A DNA stretch of 64,000 bases from Octopus sinensis (Eukaryota). Of the stretch, positions 52,354 through 64,000 are shown piece after piece (position 1 is the first letter of the stretch; each line of letters begins with the position of its first letter). Position numbers and translations under genes: made by a program. The stretch spans positions 1,240,001-1,304,000 of the forward strand of contig NC_042998.1 in the NCBI RefSeq assembly GCF_006345805.1, written 5' to 3'. Below the pieces are notes generated by a model that made no database searches, was not told where the DNA came from, and saw nothing but the letters and a program-made list of their open reading frames with translations.

Positions 52354-52631
52354 CTCGAGATTGTACAAATACAGCCACGTCAATGCATACTGAAATACAA
52401 ATATGAAAGCATTAACATATTTTCTTTGGTACTCCATCTATTTGCTTCTCACTCCCTCTCTTTTATATATATATATATATGTATATATATGTATGTATGT
52501 GTCTGGATACATATATGCATACACATCTACATGTATGTATGTATATATATATATATATATATATACATGCGCACACACAAACATATACACCTACTGCATA
52601 CAAATATATATATACGTTTATATATCTATCC

Positions 52632-52662
<31 letters not shown>

Positions 52663-52872
52663 CATATATTTCTATACATCCAAACATACATATACATATA
52701 TAAACATACACGCATGAATGCATAATATATATACATATACAGATTCATACATGCATACACATACGTACATAGATTCGTGCATGAATACATAAATACATAA
52801 ATACACACATACATACATACATACATACATACATACATACATACATACATACATACATACATACATACATAC

Positions 52873-52946
52873 GATGAGAAATCTGAAATATATTCAGAGG
52901 AATTTTCCCATATCTCCTCAGGGATTTATATTGCAAGCTTGAAAAC
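52873..52946 (-). CDS. Candidate exon (phase 2 to 1), FSSLQYKSLRRYGKIPLNIFQISH
   Basis: Acceptor tatattcacag, donor ATC|gtatgt (at the start of a microsatellite). Confidence 0.25.
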
Positions 52947-53033
52947 CTGTGAATATATCAGCAATTCTAGAGCCTTGGCCAGAGTTACTGACAAGAGGCT
53001 GATGTCATAACTTGACAAATCAATAGCCTTTAC

Positions 53034-53081
53034 CGGAATCTAAGCCATATTTCATTACGTTTTACTCGTTCTCGTCCCTGC
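53034..53081 (-). CDS. Candidate exon (phase 2 to 2), QGRERVKRNEIWLRFR
   Basis: Acceptor gatgtttccag, donor CCG|gtaaag, open only in this frame. Confidence 0.3.
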
Positions 53082-53519
53082 CTGGAAACATCAATCTCCT
53101 ATACACGTTTCTAAATCTTTCTCCAGTCTTTCTCCCCCTCTCTCTCTCTCTTTCTCTCTTTCTCTCTCTCCCTCTCTCTCTTTCTATCTATCTATTTATT
53201 TATCTATCTCTCTATTTGCTTTGTCTTTCTCCTTCATACTTTCCGTCCCTATCGCTCTGAAATTACATATTTTACTGTATATACAAATATATACCAGCGT
53301 AAACATTCCTGTGCCAACACAGACACATATGTGTGTATGCAAGTCTTTATATATGTATTTGTTTATATATGCATAACATATATGAATATAATAATGCATA
53401 TATATGTGCGTCAGTATGTTTATAAATGTGCATTTATATATGCATATTCATATAAATGCATATAATATATATATGTATATATACATCCATATATATAGAT
53501 ATAGATATATATCCACAAA

Positions 53520-54520
53520 GTAATAAATATGGAAGAACTACGGAAACTCTCCAGATACATCCAATAATCTACCCTTTATTACAGCACATAACTCAAGAAA
53601 CACACAGGTTTACAATATTATCCACTACTGAAACAATACCCAAGAATGAAACAAGTATTTGAAACACACAGACTAATCAAAAATAAAAGACACTCAAAGT
53701 CCCTCGAAAAATTCCTCACAAGTGTTAAATTACCTTCCACAATTCCTACACCAACAGTCGAAAAATGCGAGCGCCCCAGTTGCGGGCCCTGCTTCAACTT
53801 TATTGAAGACGCAACATCAAATTCAAATCAGGACAGATTTTGCCGTAAAAAATCACTTCGCATGTTCTTCATGGAACTTAATGTACGCTGTCAAATGTCA
53901 AGGATGTAATGATTACATAGGTCAAACAAAGCTTACTCTGAGAAATAGACTGACCATTCACCAACAACAAATGCGAGACCCTTGTACTAGACAGATCCCA
54001 CTAAGTGGTTAGATAGACATATGTACAAAAAATAAGCCTCTCAAATTCCAGGTCTTCCCACTCTATCTATGTTCAGTGTATACCACAGATGAAGTATGGA
54101 TAAACAAAGAAAATACTTTCATACAAAAGTACAAACCAAGACTTCACTAACTTTAACAGACTACATACACAAATAATCATTCACACACAAAATTCAATCT
54201 GTCACTTATTATGAGGAAGCTTCACAGCTAACAACCTAAATTTTAACCAGTCCACTCTCCCAGATTAAATTTGGTATATCTTGGTTATAACTAAACATAT
54301 TCACTCAACCGTGTCGGCTCACTTTTTAGGCGCAAAATATACCGTCACGTGACACTAACGCACGGACTAACGGGAAACGTACAAAAGCTTATAAACTTAA
54401 TCATGTGTTCATTTTCTACAAACACTTAACAGAAAACATTCAGAGCATTGATTCTTTGGGTATTTTCAGTCAATCGTGTCAGCCTTAACTTACGACGCCA
54501 AATATTGTCACTTGATACTA
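53520..54520 (+). pseudogene. Second Penelope-like element remnant (Zn-knuckle + GIY-YIG)
   Basis: LPFITAHNSRN, KRHSKSLEKFLTSVKL, KCERPSCGPC, HFACSSWNLMYAVKCQGCNDYIGQTKLTLRNRLTIHQQQ, INKENTFIQKYKPRL. Confidence 0.85.
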
Positions 54521-54599
54521 ACACACGGCCGTAGCGGGGACCTTACAAAAATTTCTAAGACCAGTCATGTGACTATCTTCGACCTGGTCGGGGACCCAA

Positions 54600-54764
54600 C
54601 CATCTGAGGATTTTTTTTTTTTTTTCGCAAGACTCAGAAAAACTGAAGGGCCGCTGCAATAAATGTGTGAATCTGAGCGGGGAATATGCCGAATAAAATT
54701 ATAATTTACTGATCCTCTTGTATTTTCTTTTAACCAAAGCCAGGAATTTTTCAGCAACCCCTCG
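54600..54764 (+). mobile_element. 3' end of a mariner element
   Basis: RCNKCVNLSGEYAE*, then terminus ..TTTTCAGCAACCCCTCG|TA. Confidence 0.7.
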
Positions 54765-54780
54765 TATGTACATGTGTGTG

Positions 54781-54823
<43 letters not shown>

Positions 54824-55479
54824 ATACATACGAAAGGACATATGTAGCACACATCTACAACACTCACAAACACAATCAAAAACACGCACTTTTATACTCA
54901 CTGGTACAATACTGTCCCTATTACATTACAAAACATTTTTTTTTGGTTTTTGCTAATGGACAGTGATTTTCTCTCCCTGAGTATTTTTTTCTTACAAGAA
55001 GTCATTTCTCTTTGCATCAGCAAATTTCTTTGGTTTTGTTATTACTATGTGAACCCCCAGATCAATTTCGATCAAGCTGGCCTATGCTCAAAGCCCCTGT
55101 TGCTGTGAGTCATCCATAGTTTTACTGATATCATCTAATACTATATGCTTCTGTGTTTAACGCTGTACAGTATGAAATTTGGGAGATGCGCTAATATTGT
55201 TTTAATAAGTGTGAGACGTCTTGTTTCAGCCGTTTTGGCGCCGGCTTTTTTTTTTTTTGCGTAGCTGATTCGACGCTGACTTGTTTGATATCAGACGTTT
55301 CAACGTTTCAACGTTTCTTTCGTTTTATTGTTTCTCTCTCTCTCTCACTCTATCATCTCTCCCTCTACCCTCTCTCCCTCCCTCATCCTATCTCTCTTTC
55401 TCTCTGTCTCTCTCTTTATGCGTATGAGCATAAGAAGAAAGCGTTTATGTGAATCGTGTCCTATTGATAAATTGTAATG

Positions 55480-55519
<40 letters not shown>

Positions 55520-56849
55520 TCCCTTTCTCCCTCACGCTCTGTCTGTACGTGCATACTCCTTTGCATGTGTGGGCATATTTGCCTCCAATGCCAAAATATA
55601 CTGTCAACGAAACAGGTTGAGTATCTAGTCAGCCGTGCCAAATATTTAGCATCCTAACAGCCGCACCAATTTTCTCATTCCGTGTTTTAATGACTTCGTC
55701 AGAAGAAGAACGGTCCCCACGACACTCGCACAGTGCTTCCTTGACTTGTGACCGCAAAGAAGGACAGAATTCTAGTTTAAGCACCCCTATACCCCCTTAT
55801 AACTTTTGGAACTTTTGGAACTCTCAGAAAATTTTTGCGCATGTGTATTCCACATATGGGAATTCCTTCGATTATGTAAAAAAAAATTGTGTGATTTAAG
55901 GGCGAGTTAGCAGTTGTTTTCAGCACATCTCACGACTACCTGATACCTTTCTCGTTTCTTTGTCACTCTGACATGTATTAATGTTTTTCAATATTGTTCT
56001 CCCATAAACACATTTATAAAGGAATGATGATGCATGCAAGGGAAAAGAGTGGGAAATGAATGGAAATTTTAGGATTTATGGGCAGAGCTGAGGAGTGAAA
56101 AATTGAAATATTTGTTTCATAATCATATGAATTGCCGTGTGTAGAACACAAATTCGCTCAAATTTTCTGAAATTTCCAAGCAATAAAAAGATTATGAGGG
56201 ATTATATGGGGTGCTTAAACTAGAATTATGCCCAAAAGAGAACGTTAAGTTTAGACCAGAAACCGCCAAGCTTAGAAACCTTTGAGTGGACCTTGTGTTG
56301 TTGTCTTAAAGTAAACGAATGATAACGCGTAGATCGGTAAGTCGAGAGACGCCGTAAAGTCTCTCTCCTCGGTTTGCATCGATAAAGCAATATGAAACGG
56401 CATGCTGAAAAGAAAAATCACAAATAAATAAATACAGGTTTCAGTATTACATTTGAATATCAGCAATTCTTGGTAAAATTTGTTTCTGGCGATGTAACAA
56501 GACTGGGAATAAAAGATAGAAAAGCAAAACCTTCTGGCCTTCATTATGCGTTTTTTATTCATGTAATATTTTTAATAAAGATAAGAAAAATCAGAGTAAA
56601 ACTAGAGAGGACACCTAGATTAGATCAATCTGTGTGGGTGCTATGTCTAATAACTGAAAGTCAGCGTAAAAACGGAAACATAAATCATATTACAAATATG
56701 CACAGATATATACACACGCGAAACCACACGCTGATATGTGTGAATATATATATTCCTCAATGCTAGTAGTTACTTTTAATACTATTATTGTCAAAGAATA
56801 ATGAATTTTTGCTCTACCAAATGTATTGAGTAATCTTTCAATTTAAAAT

Positions 56850-56907
<58 letters not shown>

Positions 56908-57036
56908 TATATATACATACATACAAAACTTCTATAATTATAAGCATAATTTTAATTAGGGTTCAACAAATTGCTTCACCACATACCGAAATATAGAAAT
57001 AGTACTTAAATACTATTCCTCTACCATCAGATATCT

Positions 57037-57085
<49 letters not shown>

Positions 57086-57165
57086 TCCCGGGTTGAGTCG
57101 TGGTTAACCACAGTCAATAAGGTACTCAATACATAGCAGAGTAAATTAATTTATTTTACAGAAGG

Positions 57166-57216
57166 AGCTTCTACAGGACTAGAACTGTTTCATTCAAAAG
57201 GAATCATCAGGAAGCT
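57166..57216 (-). ncRNA. Type I hammerhead, canonical CUGAUGA core (left arm)
   Basis: AGCUUC-CUGAUGA-UUCCUUUUGAAU-GAA-ACAG(UUCUAGUC)CUGU-A|GAAGCU: 6-bp helix I, 4-bp helix III, GUA triplet, imperfect helix II. Confidence 0.7.
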
Positions 57217-57263
57217 TCCTGGTGATTTCTTTTGAATGAAACAGTTCTAGTCCTGTAGAAGCT
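57213..57263 (+). ncRNA. Type I hammerhead, A6G core mutant (right arm)
   Basis: AGCUUC-CUGGUGA-U-UUC(UUUU)GAA-U-GAA-ACAG(UUCUAGUC)CUGU-A|GAAGCU. Confidence 0.6.
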
Positions 57264-57276
57264 CCTTCTATAAAAT

Positions 57277-57341
<65 letters not shown>

Positions 57342-58101
57342 TATATATAAGATATCTCGTCTTGATCAAAGCTAATCCGGGACTGGTGTACAACAAAGTG
57401 AATATAGAATAAATTAGCGGTAGTACTTGACCAGGCCTGAAAATAAATTCAGTAACATGCAATTACTTTATTTTCAATAAATTGTTTTAAGATATCAGCA
57501 ATCTTCATTGATCAGGGAATACTGATTCGCATAAATTTTTACATTACAAGCAACTCAGCAGATAACTCAAGTTGAGCTTCACAAATATGCGTTCTTTACA
57601 CATGTATACACACGTACACACACACGTTTATGCTTAAATCGAGGGGCAGATAAAGCCTAGAATATAATTTTACTCCCAGAGTGCGTGTATAGTTTCAATT
57701 ATTTCTAATTCGATTACATCCTCATTTAATCTTTTCATTTGAACTGCCTCAGAATATATAGTTTCTGTACATGTTTCATGCCCAACTTATAATACTTCTG
57801 ATGCTTATAATTAGCTTTAAAATAAAAGGCTTACTTCCAATGTATTAAACCGTTTTCAGAAAAATAAAGTCCAGGGCTTCCATATGATGACCAATCACTT
57901 ACAAACACACAGAAAGGCGGCAGAATAGTTAGCACACCGGACAAAATGCTTAGCGACATTTCTTTCGGTTTAGCTTCTCTTTCCAAATTCTGCCGAGGTC
58001 GATGGGGTCGATGTGGTCGACTAGCCCTCGGCCACAAAATTTCAGACCATGTGCCTTACAATAGAAAGCATGCACATAAACACAGAGACACACAATACAC
58101 A

Positions 58102-58141
<40 letters not shown>

Positions 58142-58432
58142 GACGCATACTTGCATATGGATATTAGTTCTGTGTTCCTTGTAAATCAAATCGAAATAAG
58201 GTTCTTGTAGCCGATGAAAATAAGGAACCTTTTATGGTTACCTCTTGTTTGTAAAATGGAAGCACACATACATACATACATAAACATATATACACATATG
58301 TGCTTGTATATATATATATATAAACAAACATACACATATATTTATATGTACACACACATATATATTCATACACACATAGGCGAGTACTTTTTTGCATATC
58401 CATGAATATACATTCGTCTCTCTCTCTCTCAC

Positions 58433-58463
<31 letters not shown>

Positions 58464-59394
58464 GTATATGCGCGCACATGCACAAACACACACACACATA
58501 CATGCGGGTGTGGCTTTTGTGTATATTAGCGAATATACATATGTCAATATACATATACTCGGCAATGTGTATAATTGCATGTGTGTTCGAATTTAGTTAG
58601 AAAATAGATACATTTTTAAATGAACGGAAACAGTGAAAACAGTGACACCAACCGGAAGTGTCATCCATTTTTTTTTTTTAGAAACACTTGTAGTCTGAGG
58701 GAAAGCATTCAGCTAATCCTGCAGATGTGACGAAAGCGTTTGCATTTCACAGTATTTAACTCAAAGATAAGTTGCTAGCATGTGGAACTGATTGAATTTT
58801 AAATGTGGAAAACATCACAACTAAACCCTATCTAACACATGACTCATCAGGCATTGCACTGATCCTGTTAACTGCAAACGGCTAATACGACAACAGGCAC
58901 AATAGCAAGGACAACTCTCCCACACAAAATGGAAGCAACAGCAACTAAGTGAACGGCAACACTATCAACTGTAACACCAAGATTAACAATAAAAGCAATA
59001 AGAACCATTATGACAACCACACAATGAATAATGCGGCGACATAATCATAATGCTGATGCAGACAAAGTTGTCTGTTATTACGATGGGAAGAGCAATACAT
59101 CAATCTGTAAAATAATTACAACAGCAGAGATATATGTTTTAAATGCGTGAACGTATACATGCATACACACCCAACATATTTAGATACACATATATACACA
59201 TAGATATATGCTTGTAACGTGGGGGTGTATATTTGTGTAAATATATATCTATTTGTTTGTGTGTGTGTGTATGTGTATGTATAATAGATTGGCGCACATG
59301 AACCAAAGCAACACAATTTAAATTCATCAAAGCAAGAAAATTGATCAGTTAGTGTGCACAACAGGTAGTCGGTGCTATGACTTTCTGACAATGA

Positions 59395-59478
59395 GAAGAA
59401 GAAGAAGAAGAAGAAGAGAAGAAGAAGAAGAGAAGAAGAAGAAGAAGAAGAAGAAGAAGAGAAGAAGAAGAAGAAGAA
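59395..59478. repeat. (GAA)n microsatellite
   Basis: Direct reading. Confidence 0.95.
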
Positions 59479-60959
59479 TAATGCTGTTTTGTTGCTGCGG
59501 TCTTCTGTTTTGCCAAACTGAAACTTCAAGTACCATTTAGTTATTGAGGCTGTAGCCTATTGCTATGAATACAATTATCACCAGCAGCCGCAGCGGCCGG
59601 AGGGTGGGGAGGTCTCTACGCAGTCGATCGATCTGCTAGGATTGGCAGGCAAGTCTGTCTCAAATCGTGCTTTATATACATTCGTAAAGGAAGAAATTGG
59701 TAGAAAACTGCAGTCTGAAATCAATTATATCTGAAAAGATGGAATGAGCGCGGCTAGAATGTATTTGCTAATTTGATCAGATGTGTTTTGAGCAGAAGAG
59801 AACAAGAGATAAACATGAGCAACAAAATCTGATCTATTATTCTTTATTCTTAATACTGCAACCAGTTCGACCTTAACCAGTGCGAAAACATGCTGCTTCT
59901 AAAAGGTAAGAAATTCATCAAGTGAGAAGAACTAGTCAGGCTCCTTATATACGGTAGATCGACCTACGTAGAATAGCAGCCTAATAATCATACTCTAAAT
60001 CTACCATAATAAAAAGTTGGGTCATACATTGGATAATGTAATCTTAGACATATTAATGCTCGTAGTAGTAGTAGTAGTTGCAATACTCGCTTGATCTTGA
60101 AATTAGACAGATGTAACAATGCAATTAACAAGAGCACCACGAGCATCAACAATATCCTTACCATCATCATCATCACCAACACCAAATCCAATGCAATTAA
60201 CACCACCATTAATAACAACCCAGCAACTTATTAATAAACGACTGCTAACAACAATACTTGTATCAGCATCTTAGCAATGTCTGTAGCTACATATGTTATA
60301 TCTCAACACAGAAGTCTGCGTATGTGAAAGTGAGAGAGAGTAGAATGTCAAGTTTTACGATTCAAATCAGAGGTGCAAAGGCGAAGTGACCATAGAAGAC
60401 CAAGGTAAACCTTTAAATAATTGTAATTATACAGTTCTTCCTCCTACGTCATACCTTTACCTTTTCATCTCCTCAATCCTCATAGGAAAAAGATGTCTTT
60501 TTTTGTTTGTCTTTTACTCTCACAAAACAGTTATTTTTTTGGTGATATGCTTTTTACTAGATATTTGCTGTTGATAATTTTTATCACCACCGCTGTTGGA
60601 TTTACCAACAATTTAAGATGGACGGTACCATCAAATCGAACTGAAGGTGGTAGTACGAATAGAAACCGTAAAATGGTTTGATGTTTTGAAAACGCTTGAT
60701 GTGATTGAAAAATCAGCCACGTGACTAGAATATCGATCTTTTCAACGTCTACAGTGAAAACAATACATAACAACAGAGATAATTAAATCGAGTGCTCAAG
60801 AAGATACTCCGTTAACTCATCGGAACACATTTTGTCATAGCTCTAATATAATGTGATGTTTAAAATGGAACAGCTCTCGGTTGTATGAATCGATGACCTG
60901 TCTCGACGCATCGTATCGATAGGCGCTATGATAATTGTATGTGGAAAAAAAAAACAGTT

Positions 60960-61430
60960 TTGCCTGGCGATTTTTCAGAAAAAGGAAGACGGCAAGCATT
61001 TCTAATGAAAAATATTTTCAGGCTAGTAAAGGCTGGTTTGTAAGGTTTGAGACTTATATGAATTTGCGCAACACGAGATTGACTGCTAAAGCTGAAGTGC
61101 TGATACAAAGGCAGCTATGTCCAGGAGATGGAGAAAAATATTATTGTTGGAGAGAGTTACACACCAGAGCAAATATACAATGTTGGTAAAACAGTACTTT
61201 TCTAATGGCTTTAGGCCTGATAGAACGTTTATTTCTGGAGAAAAAAAATCAACACCAGTATGTAAATTTCCAAAAATCGTCTGACGCTTCTTCCCGGAGG
61301 AAATGCCGCTGGTGACATCCCTGTTCGCATTTCACTCAGAAAATCCAAGAGCTGTCAATAGTTATGTAAAGTTTAATTTTCCCTCTGATTTGGCGTTCAA
61401 ATGAGAAGTTACGGATGACCAAGAGTCAAT
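60960..61430 (+). pseudogene. Tigger/pogo (CENP-B-like DDE) transposase remnant
   Basis: FQASKGWFVRF, SYTPEQIYNVG, PDRTFISGEKKS, RLTLLPGGNAAGD, HSENPRAV, IWRSNEK. Confidence 0.85.
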
Positions 61431-61879
61431 ACTTTACAAACCGATTTTGTCTTGCTGTAGAAAGGCAAAGTAACAGTATATGCAGCAAAGCAATGGTCTT
61501 TTAGAAACCAAGTGGCCTCGGATGAGCTTGAATAAGTACCAGGCTTCAAAAACAGTAAGTACAAAGCTCCATTTTATAGACTAAACCCTTCAAGGGTCAT
61601 AGTCCAATGGCTCTAACTTGTAAAAGCTTTCTAGATTTGACATCGTTGCTATTGCGATATTTAGCCCTAAGTTGATTTGCTTGAGTAAACTTATCATCAA
61701 AACACATGCAAGCTATGACTATCCAACCTTATTTTCGGGAATAGTGTAATGTAACTGCTGTTTCTAGTAGAAGGGAACGAGAGCATAGAGGCTCCTGCGT
61801 CATATCATTTCCGTCGTGTTGAGTACTGTGTGTGTGTGCATGCGTATTTCTGTAAGTTATTATTATTCAGCTCTAAGTC

Positions 61880-62630
61880 GGTGAGAGGGCAGAATCGTTA
61901 GCATGCTGGACGAAATTATCAGTGGTACTTCGTCCGTCTTCATGTTTTGAGTTCAAATTCCGTCGAGGGCGACTTTGTCTTTCATCCTTTCGGGGTCGAT
62001 AAATTAAGTACCAGTGAAACAGTGGGGTCGATGTAATCGACTGTCCTCTCCCCCAAAATTTCAGGCTTTGTGCCTAGAGTAGGAAGGATTATTATACAGC
62101 TTTCTTCCAAATTCTACCGTGGTCGACTATGACTTTCATCCTTTCGGGATCGATAAAATAAGTACCATTCATGTACTGGAGTGGATGAAATCGATTAGCC
62201 CTCTACCCCACAAACATTCAGGCTTTGTGCCAATAGTAGAAGGAATATTGAGCTGAAGGAGATAAACTAGCTGAATTGCTGGGGCGTCGGACTGAGTGCT
62301 TTGCAATATCTTTTCCGACTCTCTTTGCTCTGAGTTCAATTCCTGACGAGGTCAACTTCGCTGTTCCTCCTTTCAGGATCGATAAAATACTTAACAGTCA
62401 ATTACTGGGGTCGATGAAATCAACTTGATTCCGCCCTTCAAAACTACTGGCCTTGTGCCAAAACTAGAAAGAATATCCTTGACCTTGTGCTCAACTAGTA
62501 TTTATTTTGTCGGTCCTGAAATGATGAAGGACAAAATTGACTTCGACTGCATTTAAACTCAGAACATGAAAGGGCGGAAGATATGCCACCAAGCATTTTG
62601 TTCAGTGTACTTAACAACTGTCAGATTGTC
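61880..62630. mobile_element. Cluster of about four diverged SINE B copies (three +, last -)
   Basis: Repeated CCTTTCGGGGTCGATAAA core at about 61985, 62140 and 62370; reverse copy at 62490-62630. Confidence 0.8.
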
Positions 62631-63005
62631 GCTGAAGGCAATTCTATCAAAACCTCAAACGATATTCAACTAAGTCACCGCTATGTAACGATAAACGATA
62701 TTCATTCATAGCAAAATTAGACTTTGGGGTTAGAAAGCAATTGTTATTTTCCGTCCGTTCCAAAGAAGTTATATAACGTGATGCTTCTATTAATAAAGTC
62801 GTTAAAACTAGACATGTTTTTAAAAGGAAACGTTGTTAACACACGACAGGCTGCACTTATTTCTAATTCAGAATCACATGATATTGTCATCTGGATGCTT
62901 ATTGATTGTTGCGCAACAATACCTTTGCAGTATTTAGCTATTTCTGCATTGCAGTAGCAGTCATATGAGAGAAAACAAGCGGATAAATGGGTTTTCAAGA
63001 CACGT

Positions 63006-63043
<38 letters not shown>

Positions 63044-63830
63044 CACACACACACACACATACACACACACATACACACACACACACACACAACACACACA
63101 CACACACACACATTCATACATGCATATACATATGTACATATACAAACATATATGTGTGTACATGTATGTATGTATGTGTATAAATACAAAATGAACAAAT
63201 ACTGGACATTTAACGCAGTTATTTTTGAAGTGTCTCCTTTCGTCCATATTTTATTTGTATTTTATAGTTTATTTTTATAGGATTTTTCATCGTTTTCTTT
63301 TTTTACGATAATTTATAGCCATTTTATTTGTGTTTGTTACATATTTATTTGTCCAGTTCGTTTATTTCATGACATTTGTTTGATTTATTATTCGGGTTTT
63401 ATTTTCCTTTTGTTTGTTTCAATAAATTCTACAATTCTAATGGCTTTATGGTTAGTATGTTGGTCTCTCGATCAAAAGATCGTGCGTTCGATTCAAGGAC
63501 CAAGTGGTGCGTTGTCTCCTCGAGCAAAGCTTTCTATTTACATTGCTTCATTTCACTCCGATGACAATTTGTAGCATCCGAGTAGGGTGCTGGTACGAAA
63601 TCCCCGCCCAACCTCGTCTCTCTCTCTCTCTTTCTCTCCCTTCTCCTCTCCCCGCTCTCTCTTTATCTCTCTCCCTTTCCGTCTCTTGCTGTCACATCCT
63701 GGTTATTCCTGAGCACATAAACACCGAAAATAATTAGTGAAAGCAAGGTATATGCGACCGCTATGAGGTCTAGTCCTTGGTGCGATGTCGACGCTTATGC
63801 ACCTCAATGAACCAGAGAGCTCCTGGCTGG

Positions 63831-63882
63831 GCCTCCGCTATCCCTTGACCTGACTGGACAGGTCAAGGGATAGCGGTGAGGC
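63831..63882. other. Perfect 18-bp hairpin with 6-nt loop
   Basis: CCGCTATCCCTTGACCTG-ACTGGA-CAGGTCAAGGGATAGCGG (63835-63876), plus an outer GCCT/AGGC pair. Confidence 0.85.
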
Positions 63883-64000
63883 TAATATGAAACACTTCTT
63901 CCTCCTTGAGGTAAAAAAAAAAGATGGATTTGCGTAGGACCAGCAGCCCTAGCAAAAAAAAAATGGGAAAAAAGAAACAGGCACAGAAGCGTCGATAACA

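Larger units (their letters stand above)
57083..57279. repeat. Fold-back palindrome 3 (arms 57150-57214 and 57215-57279, no spacer) inside (TA)n
   Basis: Centre GGAAG|CTTCC, 3 mismatches; the left arm extends about 65 nt further on the minus strand. Confidence 0.95.

Overview
Eukaryotic, AT-rich, repeat-dense genomic DNA, most likely from an octopus or other coleoid cephalopod (inferred from the SINE families, 5S sequence and microsatellite load, not proven). There is no intact long CDS; nearly all ORFs in the track are microsatellite or antisense artefacts. The window holds dozens of tRNA-derived SINEs from about four families, one 5S-rRNA-headed retroposon nested in a Tigger-type MITE, decayed mariner/Tc1/pogo transposases, and Tx1, R4/Dong and CR1 LINE remnants. 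It also holds two Helentron-like MITEs, two Penelope-like (PLE, GIY-YIG) ORF remnants, and a near-identical 1.93-kb tandem duplication bounded by (TG)n. Low-confidence exon chains suggest two convergent host genes. The most striking structure is a set of three fold-back palindromes (19.6-20.3, 50.2-51.0 and 57.15-57.28 kb). They are built from three unrelated PLE-type 3' ends, each sits in (TA)n with the same asymmetry, and each carries or adjoins minimal hammerhead ribozyme folds. In all, seven hammerhead-like motifs of four sequence types could be hand-folded. All coordinates were counted by hand; repeat boundaries are approximate.
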